Shown: positions 38,103 to 47,853, counted from the first letter of the stretch. The stretch: 64,000 nt of DNA from Polyangiaceae bacterium (GCA_044376115.1 JBILLK010000020.1:32001-96000); one strand, 5' to 3'. A program made the numbers and translations. The notes: generated by a model from the sequence alone, not told the origin.

Positions 38103-39837
38103 GCTCCACTCGCACCGAGGCCTGAAGCGTCTCTGCGCCCCCGCCGACATAGATTGTCCCGGAGGTGGGGGTCGCATCGACATAGCTACGGCCGTGGGCA
38201 ACGCGGATATGCTCCGTTTGCGTGAGGACGCCGTTGGTTGGATCAAAACCCACCCAACCAACTTCAGGAAGGTAGAGCTCGACCCAGGCGTGAGAAGCCT
38301 CTGACTGTGCGGTATTCTCGGCCTTGGGCCCGGTGTACACGTAGCCACAACTATATCGCGCCGGAATACCAAGCAGGCGCGCGAGCGATATAAATAGATT
38401 CGTAAAATCTTGACACACCCCGCGACGATTCGCGTACACGTCAAACGCGGTGGTCGCCAAGGTCGTTGTACCTTGAAGGTACTTGTACTCTTTGAAGATC
38501 GACCGGTTCATGTCGAGCACCGTGCCGATTAGATCGTAGTCGTTCCGCTCGACGAAGGTCATGGCGTACTCGGCCAACTCCTGAAGCTGCGTCTCGGGGA
38601 GCTCCTCGGGCAGGAGGTAGGGCGCCATCATTTCGCGCTGCCACGGCATCCACACCAGCGGGATCGCCCTTCGGGCGTGCAGCGGCTTGAATACCAGCGG
38701 GTCCGTGTCGAGCAGATCCACCTTCGAGCGCGCCACCACCGAGAGCTCCTTGTACGGCTTTTCAATCAAGAGCCGGCGGGCGCGATTGCCAAACACATCG
38801 TCAAAATCGATCTGTCGGCCCTCGAAGATTTTACCGTCCAGCATCAGCTCAATCGAGTGCTCACGAACCCGTTGCAGCCGCGTATGCGCGGGCGTCAATT
38901 TGAGCAGGTGGCTGCTCCGTTCAACGGCTACTTTATAGCGATAAACCGTGCTGTGGATGATCTCGTAGGAGCGTGGCTCCGCCTTCTGCGGTGACTCTTG
39001 CACCGGCCGGATCGTCCGGGTCGACGTCATCGGTGCGCAGCTGTCCCCGCCGATCTCGGCGATGACGGCCCCCTGGCGCACGACGATCAGGTGGCTGGGT
39101 GGCACCTGCGTCCATTCCATGGGCTTACCGTCGGCGCGCTCGAGGGGAGAGGACGAGACCACCACGCCCTTCCTCGAGATCTCCCCGCGACGGGTGAGGT
39201 CCACCTGCAGTTCGTCATCCCCGAACACGAGCGTATCCCCGAGCGGTGGTAGTAACCGCGAGAGATAGAGCCCGCCGTTCCCGCCTGCGTCGGCGTAGAT
39301 CAACAGGTCCGTACCGTCGCTGATGACCAGCGATAGTGTGCCGTGACAGTTGAGGTCCTCCAGTTCGGCACGGAGCCGCTCGAGGTCACAGGCGCCGATC
39401 GACTTCCAGCCAGACTCCTCGATACGTTCGAGCAAATCGCAGAAAATGATCTCGGTATCGGTGGACCCCACCGGCTCGAAGCGCCCCTCGCTGACCAGCC
39501 GCTCACGCAAGCTACCGCTGTGGCCGATCAGCCAGTCCCGCTGACCGTAGGACCTGGAGAACGGTTGCGTATTCGCGTCGCTGTTCTGGCCCCAGGTCGC
39601 CGTTCGAATATGAATCACGAACAGCGACGACGCGAGGTGGTCCCACGCCTTGACCAACTCACTTCGAATACTGCCGCTCGACGGAGCTGCCTCTTTGAAA
39701 ACCGAAGCGGAGGGCTCACCGCCCGGGTAGTAGCCAATTCCCCAACCATCAGGATGTTTGCGGCCAGGTTGCAGACACCGAAGGTCGAACGACGGGGCGA
39801 GCGTGCCTTCGAACGACATCGCGAAGAGGTTGGGCAT
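38092..39837 (-). CDS. Class II glutamine-amidotransferase-like (YafJ/EgtC-type NTN) domain fused to a bacterial transglutaminase
   Basis: N-region HPDGWGIGYY, HIRTAT, NTQPF, GSTDTE. C-region YEIIHSTVYRY (Bact_transglu_N), GVCQDF, SHAWVELY, GFDPTNG, GRSY.DATP. RBS GAGAGG before the ATG at 39837. Confidence 0.88.
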   Translation of the reverse strand: MPNLFAMSFEGTLAPSFDLRCLQPGRKHPDGWGIGYYPGGEPSASVFKEAAPSSGSIRSELVKAWDHLASSLFVIHIRTATWGQNSDANTQPFSRSYGQRDWLIGHSGSLRERLVSEGRFEPVGSTDTEIIFCDLLERIEESGWKSIGACDLERLRAELEDLNCHGTLSLVISDGTDLLIYADAGGNGGLYLSRLLPPLGDTLVFGDDELQVDLTRRGEISRKGVVVSSSPLERADGKPMEWTQVPPSHLIVVRQGAVIAEIGGDSCAPMTSTRTIRPVQESPQKAEPRSYEIIHSTVYRYKVAVERSSHLLKLTPAHTRLQRVREHSIELMLDGKIFEGRQIDFDDVFGNRARRLLIEKPYKELSVVARSKVDLLDTDPLVFKPLHARRAIPLVWMPWQREMMAPYLLPEELPETQLQELAEYAMTFVERNDYDLIGTVLDMNRSIFKEYKYLQGTTTLATTAFDVYANRRGVCQDFTNLFISLARLLGIPARYSCGYVYTGPKAENTAQSEASHAWVELYLPEVGWVGFDPTNGVLTQTEHIRVAHGRSYVDATPTSGTIYVGGGAETLQASVRVEPIA

Positions 39838-39867
39838 GACCTCTCAACAGCTACCGCGACGCGGCGA

Positions 39868-40860
39868 TCATTGCGACTGGTTTTGCAGCTGAGTCCGCGG
39901 ACCGGCGTTCAGAAGTTCTTCGGCTACCGAGTTGCACACTTCATGCACCTGCTCGACCACGTGCGTAAGCGCAGCGTGAACCCCACTTCCGCTCAACGAT
40001 TCCGCGGAAAGCCCTTCGATAAAGGCCTGAAGCTCCGCTAGTACGCGCAGGGCTGCAGAGCCCGGTACGTACGGTTGGCCCTGTGCTGCGAGGCAGATCG
40101 CCGACAGGCGCTGTCGTGCATAGCCAGTCGAGTAAAGCACCGAGCGAGGAAACTGGGCCTCCTTGATCAAGAACGCCGCCACGCTGGCACCACTTACCTT
40201 GCCGCGGTTTCGTTTCATGAATGCCTCGAACCCCGAGCAGGCTCGCAAGAGCGAGAGCCACAGACCGGTCTCGAGCACTGCGTGCTCCGCCGAGTCCGCC
40301 GACAAGGCGTGATGCTCGACATCGAGCAGCCGCGCGGTCTGACTGACCCGCTCGAGCGATACGCCAAGCCAGATGAAGTCGAGCGGCATGTCGTGCAGCA
40401 TCGTGCTGCGGAGGAGCCCGAGCCCAAGCTGAGTAGCCTTGCGAATGCGCCCGTAGAAGGCATCCCGATTGTCCTCGAACATTCGCGCCGCTTCCTCGGA
40501 ATGGAAGAACACGTAGAGTTCATTGATGGTCTGCCAAACCTCGAGGCTCACGACCTCGCGTATCGAGCGAGCGTTCTCCCGCGCCGCGACGATCGAACGG
40601 GCGAGCGAGACTGGATTTTCTTCATCCCTGACTAGATAACGTTGAACCGCCTCTCCCTGCCCGAGCGCCTCCCTGCCGAAGCGCGAGACAAAGTCCTGCT
40701 CTTGGCCCGAGACGATCACCAGCGGCGGCCAAATGCGCGACGATGGCAGCTCGGCATCGAGCACGATGGAACTCGTAACCTGGAGCTGCCGCGCCGTGCT
40801 CTCCGTACGTTCGATATAGCGCCCTAGCCAGAAACAGTGATCGGCGACCCGGGTAATCAT
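39868..40860 (-). CDS. Alpha-E domain protein
   Basis: MITRVADHCFWLGRYIERTE.TAR, ARENARSIRE, a second ER motif LGVSLERVSQTAR, FPRS, and a Gln-rich tail. Confidence 0.92.
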   Translation of the reverse strand: MITRVADHCFWLGRYIERTESTARQLQVTSSIVLDAELPSSRIWPPLVIVSGQEQDFVSRFGREALGQGEAVQRYLVRDEENPVSLARSIVAARENARSIREVVSLEVWQTINELYVFFHSEEAARMFEDNRDAFYGRIRKATQLGLGLLRSTMLHDMPLDFIWLGVSLERVSQTARLLDVEHHALSADSAEHAVLETGLWLSLLRACSGFEAFMKRNRGKVSGASVAAFLIKEAQFPRSVLYSTGYARQRLSAICLAAQGQPYVPGSAALRVLAELQAFIEGLSAESLSGSGVHAALTHVVEQVHEVCNSVAEELLNAGPRTQLQNQSQ

Positions 40861-42335
40861 CGTTCCTCCGAAAGCACCCAGGTATCCTTCGACCCGCCAC
40901 CCTGGCTCGAGTTGACCACGTAGGACCCCTCACGCAGCGCGACCCGCGTAAGCCCGCCGGGCAAGACCCAAGGACCGGATGGTCCGGTCAAAATGTACGG
41001 CCGCAAATCGACGCGACGTGGCACCAAGGAGCCGCGCTCAGCGTCCCAGGTCGGACAACTCGAGAGCTCCACCCGGTGCTGGGCAACGTAGCTACGCGGG
41101 GAGGCCTCGATACGACGTTTGAACTCCTCGCGCTCCGCCGCCGTCGACTGTGGCCCCATCAACATTCCGTACCCACCGGCCTCGTCGACCGCCTTCACCA
41201 CCAACTCCTCGAGATGCTCCAAGACGAAGCGTCGATCGTCCTCACGAGCACAGACGAAAGTCGGGACGTCAGCCAGGATCGGGTCCTCCCCCAAGTAGTA
41301 GCGAATGATCTCTGGAACCAGGGCGCATACGGCTTTGTCATCCGCGACGCCGTTGCCCGGGGCGTTGGCCAAAGTGACGTTGCCCTTGGCCCACGCACGC
41401 ATGATGCCGGGCACGCCTAACAAGCTATCTGCGCGGAAGGCCTCCGGATCGAGGAAGGCGTCATCGATACGCCGGTAAACCACGTGCACGCGACGCAGCC
41501 CGAGCGTGGTTCGCAGGTAAACGCAGTCGTCCTCTACCGTCAGGTCGCTGCCCTGAACCAACTCGACACCCATCGTACGTGCGAGGAAGCTGTGCTCGAA
41601 GTAGGCCGAGTTGAACGGCCCTGGCGTGAGCACCACCACCAACGGATCCTCAACGCCCTCGGGGGCTACCGCGCGCAACGTTTCAGCGAGCTTGGCTGGG
41701 TAGACGTCCACCCGCCGCACCCGCGCCTCGGCAAAGATGGTGGGAAATACCCGCTTGGTTACCAATCTATTCTCGATCACGTAGGAGACGCCGGACGGCG
41801 TACGGAGGTTATCCTCCAGCACACGGAACACCCCATTACCGTCGCGTATCAAGTCTATACCGGCGACGTGGATCCTGACTCCACGCGGCGGCCGTAGACC
41901 TCGCAGACGAGGCAGATAGTGCTTTGCACCAAGCACGACCTCAGCTGGGATGGTTGTGGAGGTCAGGAAGCGCTGCTCGCCATACACGTCATCAAGAAAC
42001 AGCTGGAGAGCTTGAATACGCTGCTCGAGGCCGCGCTCGACCACGGACCAATCTGCAGCGGTGACGACCCGGGGGACCAAGCAGAAGGGGAAGATCTTCT
42101 CGGCTCCGCGTTGGTCGCTATAGACGGAGAAGGTTACCCCTTGATGTAGAAGTGACAGCTCGGCCAGTGCTTGAGAGCGTGCAAGAAGGCCGGCTTTGGT
42201 TGCCAAAAGAGAGCGAAGCGGCTTTACCAACTCCGGGCGCACGGCGCGCTGCTGATTGAAGAGTTCATCCCACGTCCCAGCGATGGGCTGATATTGAGTA
42301 AAAAGGTCCTCCTCAGCGTTTGCGAGGGTCATCAC
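40857..42335 (-). CDS. Circularly permuted type 2 ATP-grasp protein
   Basis: GVTFSVY, GIDLIRD, VLEDNLRTPSGVSY, TPGPFNSAYFEHSFLA, YRRIDD.FLDP, NAPGNGVADDK, GGYGMLMGP, PGGLTRVAL..GSYVVNSSQGGGSKDTWV. Confidence 0.95.
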   Translation of the reverse strand: MMTLANAEEDLFTQYQPIAGTWDELFNQQRAVRPELVKPLRSLLATKAGLLARSQALAELSLLHQGVTFSVYSDQRGAEKIFPFCLVPRVVTAADWSVVERGLEQRIQALQLFLDDVYGEQRFLTSTTIPAEVVLGAKHYLPRLRGLRPPRGVRIHVAGIDLIRDGNGVFRVLEDNLRTPSGVSYVIENRLVTKRVFPTIFAEARVRRVDVYPAKLAETLRAVAPEGVEDPLVVVLTPGPFNSAYFEHSFLARTMGVELVQGSDLTVEDDCVYLRTTLGLRRVHVVYRRIDDAFLDPEAFRADSLLGVPGIMRAWAKGNVTLANAPGNGVADDKAVCALVPEIIRYYLGEDPILADVPTFVCAREDDRRFVLEHLEELVVKAVDEAGGYGMLMGPQSTAAEREEFKRRIEASPRSYVAQHRVELSSCPTWDAERGSLVPRRVDLRPYILTGPSGPWVLPGGLTRVALREGSYVVNSSQGGGSKDTWVLSEER

Positions 42336-45300
42336 ACTACCTCCTCGAACTCGCTGGGCTCAGGTATTGGATGGTCCATGGAGAATCGGCGCAGATCGAG
42401 GGTATGGGGAGCATCCGGATGCGCTGAGCTTGGTGCTACGCGCACTGGGCGCAACGTTGGGCCCTCAATCGTAAAGCGTTGAGCACGGCGTGCTGCGGCT
42501 TCAAAGCGGGTAAGCGGCGGTAGGTCATAGGCGCGGCCCTCAGGGTGCCAAACGTGATAAGCGCAGGCCGCGAGGGAGCGGTTCGCCCAACGGTCAATGA
42601 CTTCAAAGCGCAGCGGGTGATGAACGCCGAGATGTGGGTGCAAACTGTGGGGCGGAGCCCAGGCGCGGAATCGCACCCCCGCGACGAACTCGCCAGCCAC
42701 GCCCGTCTTGCGCAGAGGCAGCTCGCGGCCATTGACAACGACCTGATAACGCTCTGGAACGAAGCCCGTTACGCGCAGCTCGACCCGCTCCATCGAGGAG
42801 TCGACGAAACGAGCAGTGCCGGTGGCGACGAGCTCCTCACCGAGCACGTTCCAAGGCTCAATGGCGTTGCGTAGCTCCAAGCTGACATCACCAACCTCCA
42901 GCACCCCAATCACTGGGAAGCGATGTTCAAGGAATACCCGATAGGCCTCCGCCGGCAGCCCGAGCTCAGCGCGATCGAGGTGCGCCAGGACCTCCTCGAA
43001 GTCGCGCCAGATCCAGGTCGGCAACAGGAAGCGGTCATGCAGTAACTGTCCCCAGCGCACGAGCGGTGCGCGGTAGGGCTGCTTGACGAAGGATGCGATC
43101 AAAGAACGCAACAAGAGCGTCTGCGCCAAGGTCATTCGAACGTGCGGTGGCATCTCAAAGGCGCGCAACTCGACGATGCCTTGGCGCCCGTACGAACTCT
43201 GTGGGTCGAACAGCTTATCGATGCAGATCTCGCTGCGATGGGTATTGCCTGTTAGGTCAACGAGCAGATGGCGGAACAGGGCATCCGCAAGCCAGGGGGG
43301 CGGGTTGTTCGCTGGCTCATGCGCCTTGGCCAACGCGATTTCGAGCTCGTAGAGCGAATCCAAGCGGGCTTCGTCGACGCGTGGGGCCTGCGAGGTGGGC
43401 CCGACGAATAGACCGCTAAAAAGGTAGGAGAGCGACGGGTGATGCTGAATGAACGTAATTAGACTGGCCAGTAAGTCGGGACGGCGAAGGAACGGGCTCG
43501 AAAGCGGAGTCGGCCCGCCAAAGGTAATATGATTGCCGCCGCCACTTCCGGCCTGCCGACCGTCCAGCTGGTACTTCTCTGCGGAGAGCCCCGAAGCGAG
43601 GGCCGCAGCAAAGACGCTATCCATGAGCTTGACGTGCTCTCGGCAGCTCCGTGTTGGCGGGATGTTCACCTCGATCACCCCAGGGTCCGGCGACAACGAG
43701 AAGTGGAATAGCTCAGGGGACTTGGGCGGCGGATAGCCCTCGAAGGCAACGGTAAGTCCGAGCTCTGCTGCACAACGATCCACCTTGGAGACAAGCTCAC
43801 AGAAGCGCTCAGCACTCGGCTGCGGCGGAAGAAACACGAACAGCGTCCCTGCGCGCACTTCGACACAAAGCGCAGTTCGCAAGCCACGAGCCGGAGCCGC
43901 AGCCGCGCCAGTCTCCAGCTTGAGCTGTGCGGAGTCGTCGGCCCGCCTCGGATCACGCTCCCCCTCCCAGCGCTCCTCCGCCGGTTCTGGCGGGCCTTCC
44001 CCCTCGATCGAGCGCAGCGGGAGCCGCAGGCCCAACGGGCTATCCCCGGGAATGAGATAGAGGCGCTCGCGGCGAAACGACCAGCGAGCCGTGAGCCAAC
44101 CTTCTACAGCGGCCGGCGCTAATGGTAATACCCAGCCAACGGGAGTACGTAGCCCCCGGTCCAAGACCAACGCCAAACGACGGCGCTCTTCGGGTGAAGT
44201 GAGATCGACCGAGTGGGGATCGACCCCCATCGGCAATAGCGACTCTTCACGCAAGTAATGCCATGGATCCTCGAACGCAGGCTGCGCCGAACCAGGCTCG
44301 AGTTCGAGGGCGGAGCTCAAGGCGAGCGCGAGCCGCTCCGCGTCGTCAACAGTCGGCTGGGTCCTCGAGCGGGATGAAGAGCCATCGCGAACCAGCGCAC
44401 CACCATCTCGTCGAGCCACCACCTCGAGCGCCCACCGCGGCAGGCTCTCTCCGGGGTAGTGTTTGCCGAAGCCGTGGAGCAAGAGTCCGCCTGGCGCGAG
44501 GGTCGGGATGAGCGCCTGAGCAAACCGTAAAGCCTGCGACCACTTGGTCTCACCGAGCGCAGCGGCATTCCACTCGGGCTTCTCAGGATGAAGCCGAGAG
44601 CTAAAGGTCGGCTCTCCACCCATCGTTAGTGTGATGCCCGCGGCCTCCAGATTGGCATCAACCTTGTCGGCGGCTCCAAGCAGCTCGCTCCAGACCTCCT
44701 CGGTGAATGGGGCCGTGGGGCGCGGCTCGTGCCCGAGCCGGGTGACCGTCATTTCGAAGCTGACCTGAGAAGCGACAATGTCGCTCGTGCCTTCGATCGG
44801 AGCCGCTGACGAAGGCCGCGCCGTACATGCTAATGGGATATGCCCCTCCCCGCAGAACAGCCCGCTGGTCGCGTCGAGCCCAATCCAACCAGCGCCAGGC
44901 AGATAAACCTCAGCCCAAGCGTGCAGGTCAACAACGTCCTTAGGCACTCCGCGCGGCTCATCAGGGATCATGCCTTCGTCGGTTAGCTGCACCAGGTAGC
45001 CACTCACGAAGCGGGCGGCGAGCCCCCGAGATCGCAGCGCTGCTACGAGTAAAACGGCTGAATCGCGACAGCTCGCCTCCCCGCGCGTCAGCGTCTCTTC
45101 GGGGAGATACACGCCGGTCTCTTCGCGAATCACGTAGCGAAGCTTGGCGTTGACGGCTCGATTGACGGCCACCACGAAGTCCACCGTAGGGCCGGTGTGG
45201 GGGAGCTCCGCCAAGAACGCCGCGAGCTTCGGTCCGCCTGCGATCGCAGGGTCGGTCGTCGACAGGTTCGGTGCCAGATCCTTCTGCAGATCCTCGGCGT

Positions 45301-45613
45301 ACTGAAACGGGACCTCTTTGCAGCGCGGGTCGACGAAGAAGTCGAACGGGTTGACCGGCCGAACATCGACGGCCAGCTCCACGGTCAGGTCGAGCGAGGG
45401 CACACGCTCGCCCGCTCGAAAGGTCAATCGTGCAGCATGGTTGCCGGCAGGATCTTGCTGCCAACGCACGGCGCACGGCTGCTCGACCACGAGGGCATAG
45501 GACTCAATCTTGGCCTTGGCGTGCGTTGCGGGCCGAAGCCGCACGGTGTGAGGGCCCAGAGCAGCCGGTGACTCGTAAACATATCGACTTCGATGCGTGA
45601 GGAGGAGTCGCAC
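42332..45613 (-). CDS. Transglutaminase + DUF2126 (putative amidoligase) protein
   Basis: HTVRLRPA, SCRDSA, DLHAWAEVYLPGAGWIGLDATSG, LTMGGEPTF, YPGESLPRW, PDPGVIEVN, GGGNH, GPTSQAPRVDE, ELRAFEMPPH. Confidence 0.93.
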   Translation of the reverse strand: MRLLLTHRSRYVYESPAALGPHTVRLRPATHAKAKIESYALVVEQPCAVRWQQDPAGNHAARLTFRAGERVPSLDLTVELAVDVRPVNPFDFFVDPRCKEVPFQYAEDLQKDLAPNLSTTDPAIAGGPKLAAFLAELPHTGPTVDFVVAVNRAVNAKLRYVIREETGVYLPEETLTRGEASCRDSAVLLVAALRSRGLAARFVSGYLVQLTDEGMIPDEPRGVPKDVVDLHAWAEVYLPGAGWIGLDATSGLFCGEGHIPLACTARPSSAAPIEGTSDIVASQVSFEMTVTRLGHEPRPTAPFTEEVWSELLGAADKVDANLEAAGITLTMGGEPTFSSRLHPEKPEWNAAALGETKWSQALRFAQALIPTLAPGGLLLHGFGKHYPGESLPRWALEVVARRDGGALVRDGSSSRSRTQPTVDDAERLALALSSALELEPGSAQPAFEDPWHYLREESLLPMGVDPHSVDLTSPEERRRLALVLDRGLRTPVGWVLPLAPAAVEGWLTARWSFRRERLYLIPGDSPLGLRLPLRSIEGEGPPEPAEERWEGERDPRRADDSAQLKLETGAAAAPARGLRTALCVEVRAGTLFVFLPPQPSAERFCELVSKVDRCAAELGLTVAFEGYPPPKSPELFHFSLSPDPGVIEVNIPPTRSCREHVKLMDSVFAAALASGLSAEKYQLDGRQAGSGGGNHITFGGPTPLSSPFLRRPDLLASLITFIQHHPSLSYLFSGLFVGPTSQAPRVDEARLDSLYELEIALAKAHEPANNPPPWLADALFRHLLVDLTGNTHRSEICIDKLFDPQSSYGRQGIVELRAFEMPPHVRMTLAQTLLLRSLIASFVKQPYRAPLVRWGQLLHDRFLLPTWIWRDFEEVLAHLDRAELGLPAEAYRVFLEHRFPVIGVLEVGDVSLELRNAIEPWNVLGEELVATGTARFVDSSMERVELRVTGFVPERYQVVVNGRELPLRKTGVAGEFVAGVRFRAWAPPHSLHPHLGVHHPLRFEVIDRWANRSLAACAYHVWHPEGRAYDLPPLTRFEAAARRAQRFTIEGPTLRPVRVAPSSAHPDAPHTLDLRRFSMDHPIPEPSEFEEVV

Positions 45614-45693
45614 GCCTCTTCATATATCGAACGAATGTTTCGGCCTCGTTTCCTGCGTCAGCCACTTCGCTGGCTCGAGTTCCTGCGCAAAAG

Positions 45694-46125
45694 CTACTGA
45701 GCCGCTTGGCGCAAAGCCTCGAGTTGATCCCGAGCGATCCTCTCTGCGAGCGGCTTGATCACCCGCTTCAGGGCAAAGTCGAGCGCCCCCTCCCAGGTCT
45801 CAACCGAGCGTACGCGCGTCCCCGCGGCCTCGGCCTCGAACAAGAAGCGATGGCGAGCCCGCAGCAGAGGACTCCCGCCGCCCCAGGTGATCTCGCTAGC
45901 GCGGTCCACCACGAGCACCTCGATCGGCGTCACCACCGGCAAGCGCGCAATGTACATCGGCAACTTGTCGCCAACACGCAGCGGGCCACGAGAAGTGCCA
46001 ACCGGCCGAAAGGTAGCCGGCATCCAAGCGTGCCACGAGGGGTGGTCGGCGAGCTTGTCAAAGACAGCCTCGGGCGGGGCAGAAACAAAGATGGAGGCCT
46101 CTGCAATGAAGGACATTGTCGGCAT
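45694..46125 (-). CDS. SRPBCC/polyketide cyclase-like protein
   Basis: SIFVSAPPEAVFDKLAD...W..W, HRFLFEAEAAGTRV...ETWEG, and a C-terminal helix LEALRQAA. Confidence 0.8.
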   Translation of the reverse strand: MPTMSFIAEASIFVSAPPEAVFDKLADHPSWHAWMPATFRPVGTSRGPLRVGDKLPMYIARLPVVTPIEVLVVDRASEITWGGGSPLLRARHRFLFEAEAAGTRVRSVETWEGALDFALKRVIKPLAERIARDQLEALRQAAQ

Positions 46126-46256
46126 CAGACCCGAGTGCGCCCACCTCGAGCAAGGCCTTCGCGCGCGATGGGCCGTTCGCCTTCAGATTCGCCTCGTCGC
46201 CCGGCCCGAGGCCGCTACAAAGTGCTACCCTCCGCGCGTTCCTCAGAGGAGAAGCC

Positions 46257-46811
46257 ATGTTCAAGAAAGTCGCCCAAGCAGCGTCCGCCGTCGTCAATCG
46301 CGCCGTCTACGGCAAAGCCCCCGAAGGTGGTCCCAGAGAGCTTGGCGCTATCACCTTCAAGCGGCTCGACGGAACCTCGCTCCCAATCGAGGAGCTCAGC
46401 GACAAGGTGCTCCTCGTCGTCAATGTTGCGAGCCGTTGTGGACTTACGCCGCAATACGAGGGGCTGGTCAACCTCTATCACCAGTACCGCGACCGAGGCT
46501 TGCTCGTGGTTGGTGCGCCGTGCAATCAGTTCCTGGGTCAAGAGCCGGGGAACGCCGGGGAGATAGCGTCTTTCTGCAGTGCGACCTACGGCGTTGATTT
46601 CCCCCTGCTCGAGAAGCAAGACGTCAATGGCGCCGAGCGCAGCCCGCTATACCAATTCCTGATTGGTAGTGAGGCTGGTGGCGGCGCCGACATTGCTTGG
46701 AACTTCGAGAAGTTCCTGATTGCGCGCAACGGCAAGGTCGTGAACCGGTTCTCGCCGCGGACGCTCCCAGATTCCAAAGAAGTCGTTAGCGCGATTGAAG
46801 CGGCGCTCTAG
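46257..46811 (+). CDS. Glutathione peroxidase (Cys type)
   Basis: VNVASRCGLTPQY, PCNQFLGQEPG, WNFEKFLI. RBS GAGGAG before the ATG at 46257. Confidence 0.93.
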   Translation: MFKKVAQAASAVVNRAVYGKAPEGGPRELGAITFKRLDGTSLPIEELSDKVLLVVNVASRCGLTPQYEGLVNLYHQYRDRGLLVVGAPCNQFLGQEPGNAGEIASFCSATYGVDFPLLEKQDVNGAERSPLYQFLIGSEAGGGADIAWNFEKFLIARNGKVVNRFSPRTLPDSKEVVSAIEAAL

Positions 46812-46836
46812 CAACAAGCTGAGGCTCGGGGTGACC

Positions 46837-47199
46837 TCAGCGACGCTCGCTCGGGTCACCGTTACCGAGCCCGTTATGCTCCTTGAATAGCGCAAAGGCT
46901 CGATTGAGTTCCTTGGTTCGCGCTTCCGCGAGGCGCCTGAGTTCTGGTGAAAGGCTCGCTGCGGTATCCGGGTGAACCTGTTTTACCAAGTCGAGGTAGG
47001 CCTCGCGCGCGGTGTCCAGCGATGCACCGCTTTCGATCCCCAGAATCTCGTGGGGCAGCTTTCCGCCGAGGCGCTCTGGCTCCTGCCGCTTGGTAGAACC
47101 CCGCGAGCGCTTGGTCGTGGGCGCGAACAGCTTACTCTTCGATAGCGCGCGCCACGCCACCCACAGCACCGCAGCGATTAGCAGATAGCGGAATAGCAC
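46837..47199 (-). CDS. Small membrane-anchored J-domain protein
   Basis: N-terminal TM and PHEILGI...AYLDLVKQVHPD...KELNRAF. Confidence 0.8.
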   Translation of the reverse strand: MLFRYLLIAAVLWVAWRALSKSKLFAPTTKRSRGSTKRQEPERLGGKLPHEILGIESGASLDTAREAYLDLVKQVHPDTAASLSPELRRLAEARTKELNRAFALFKEHNGLGNGDPSERR

Positions 47200-47853
47200 T
47201 CAGGGCTCGCTCGAGAGACCGACGAACGGAGCTAGCGCAACGCGGATGGCCGCCTCCACGCTTTCAATATCCCCATCCCCGTGGACGTGAACAACTTTGT
47301 CTCCGGGAACCAACGCATCCGCGTGGGTATAAGCCTTGGCCAGCCGCGCTTGGAGCGCGAGCGTCTCGTACAGGTCCTCGACCCCACCACGTTGCCGCCT
47401 GCGTTCTGCCGCCACTTCAGCGGAGACATCCACGACCAGGGTAACGTCGGGCCGACGCGCAAAGCGATTCAACCCTCGGATCCAGGCCACGACCTCATGC
47501 GCCTGCAACCCGGAATCCGAGGCGACCGATTGGTACGCCAAACTCGAGAGATCGTAACGGTCACTGATTACGACCTCGCCGCGATTGAGCGCTGGCTCGA
47601 TCTCGCCGCGCACGTGATCCAGCCTATCGGCAGCGAAAAGCTGCGCCATAACGTCGAACGAAGGAGACGAAGCCAGTGCGGCCTTGCCGCTCAAGATCGA
47701 GCGAATGAAGGTTCCGATGAGGCCCGTCGAGGGCTCTCGCGTCACGTGGACCGCGATCCCGCGCGACCGAAGATAGGCAGCATAGAGCTCCATCTGGGTG
47801 GTCGTCCCGGCGCCGTCGATCCCTTCGATCACGATGAAGGTTCCACTCTTCAC
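47200..47853 (-). CDS. tmk: Thymidylate (dTMP) kinase
   Basis: FIVIEGIDGAGTTTQ, TREP, LFAADR, ISDRY..SSLAYQ. Confidence 0.93.
   Translation of the reverse strand: MKSGTFIVIEGIDGAGTTTQMELYAAYLRSRGIAVHVTREPSTGLIGTFIRSILSGKAALASSPSFDVMAQLFAADRLDHVRGEIEPALNRGEVVISDRYDLSSLAYQSVASDSGLQAHEVVAWIRGLNRFARRPDVTLVVDVSAEVAAERRRQRGGVEDLYETLALQARLAKAYTHADALVPGDKVVHVHGDGDIESVEAAIRVALAPFVGLSSEP

Noticed and set aside
46257..46811. Selenocysteine glutathione peroxidase
   Set aside because: The active-site codon is TGT (Cys), and there is no in-frame TGA.
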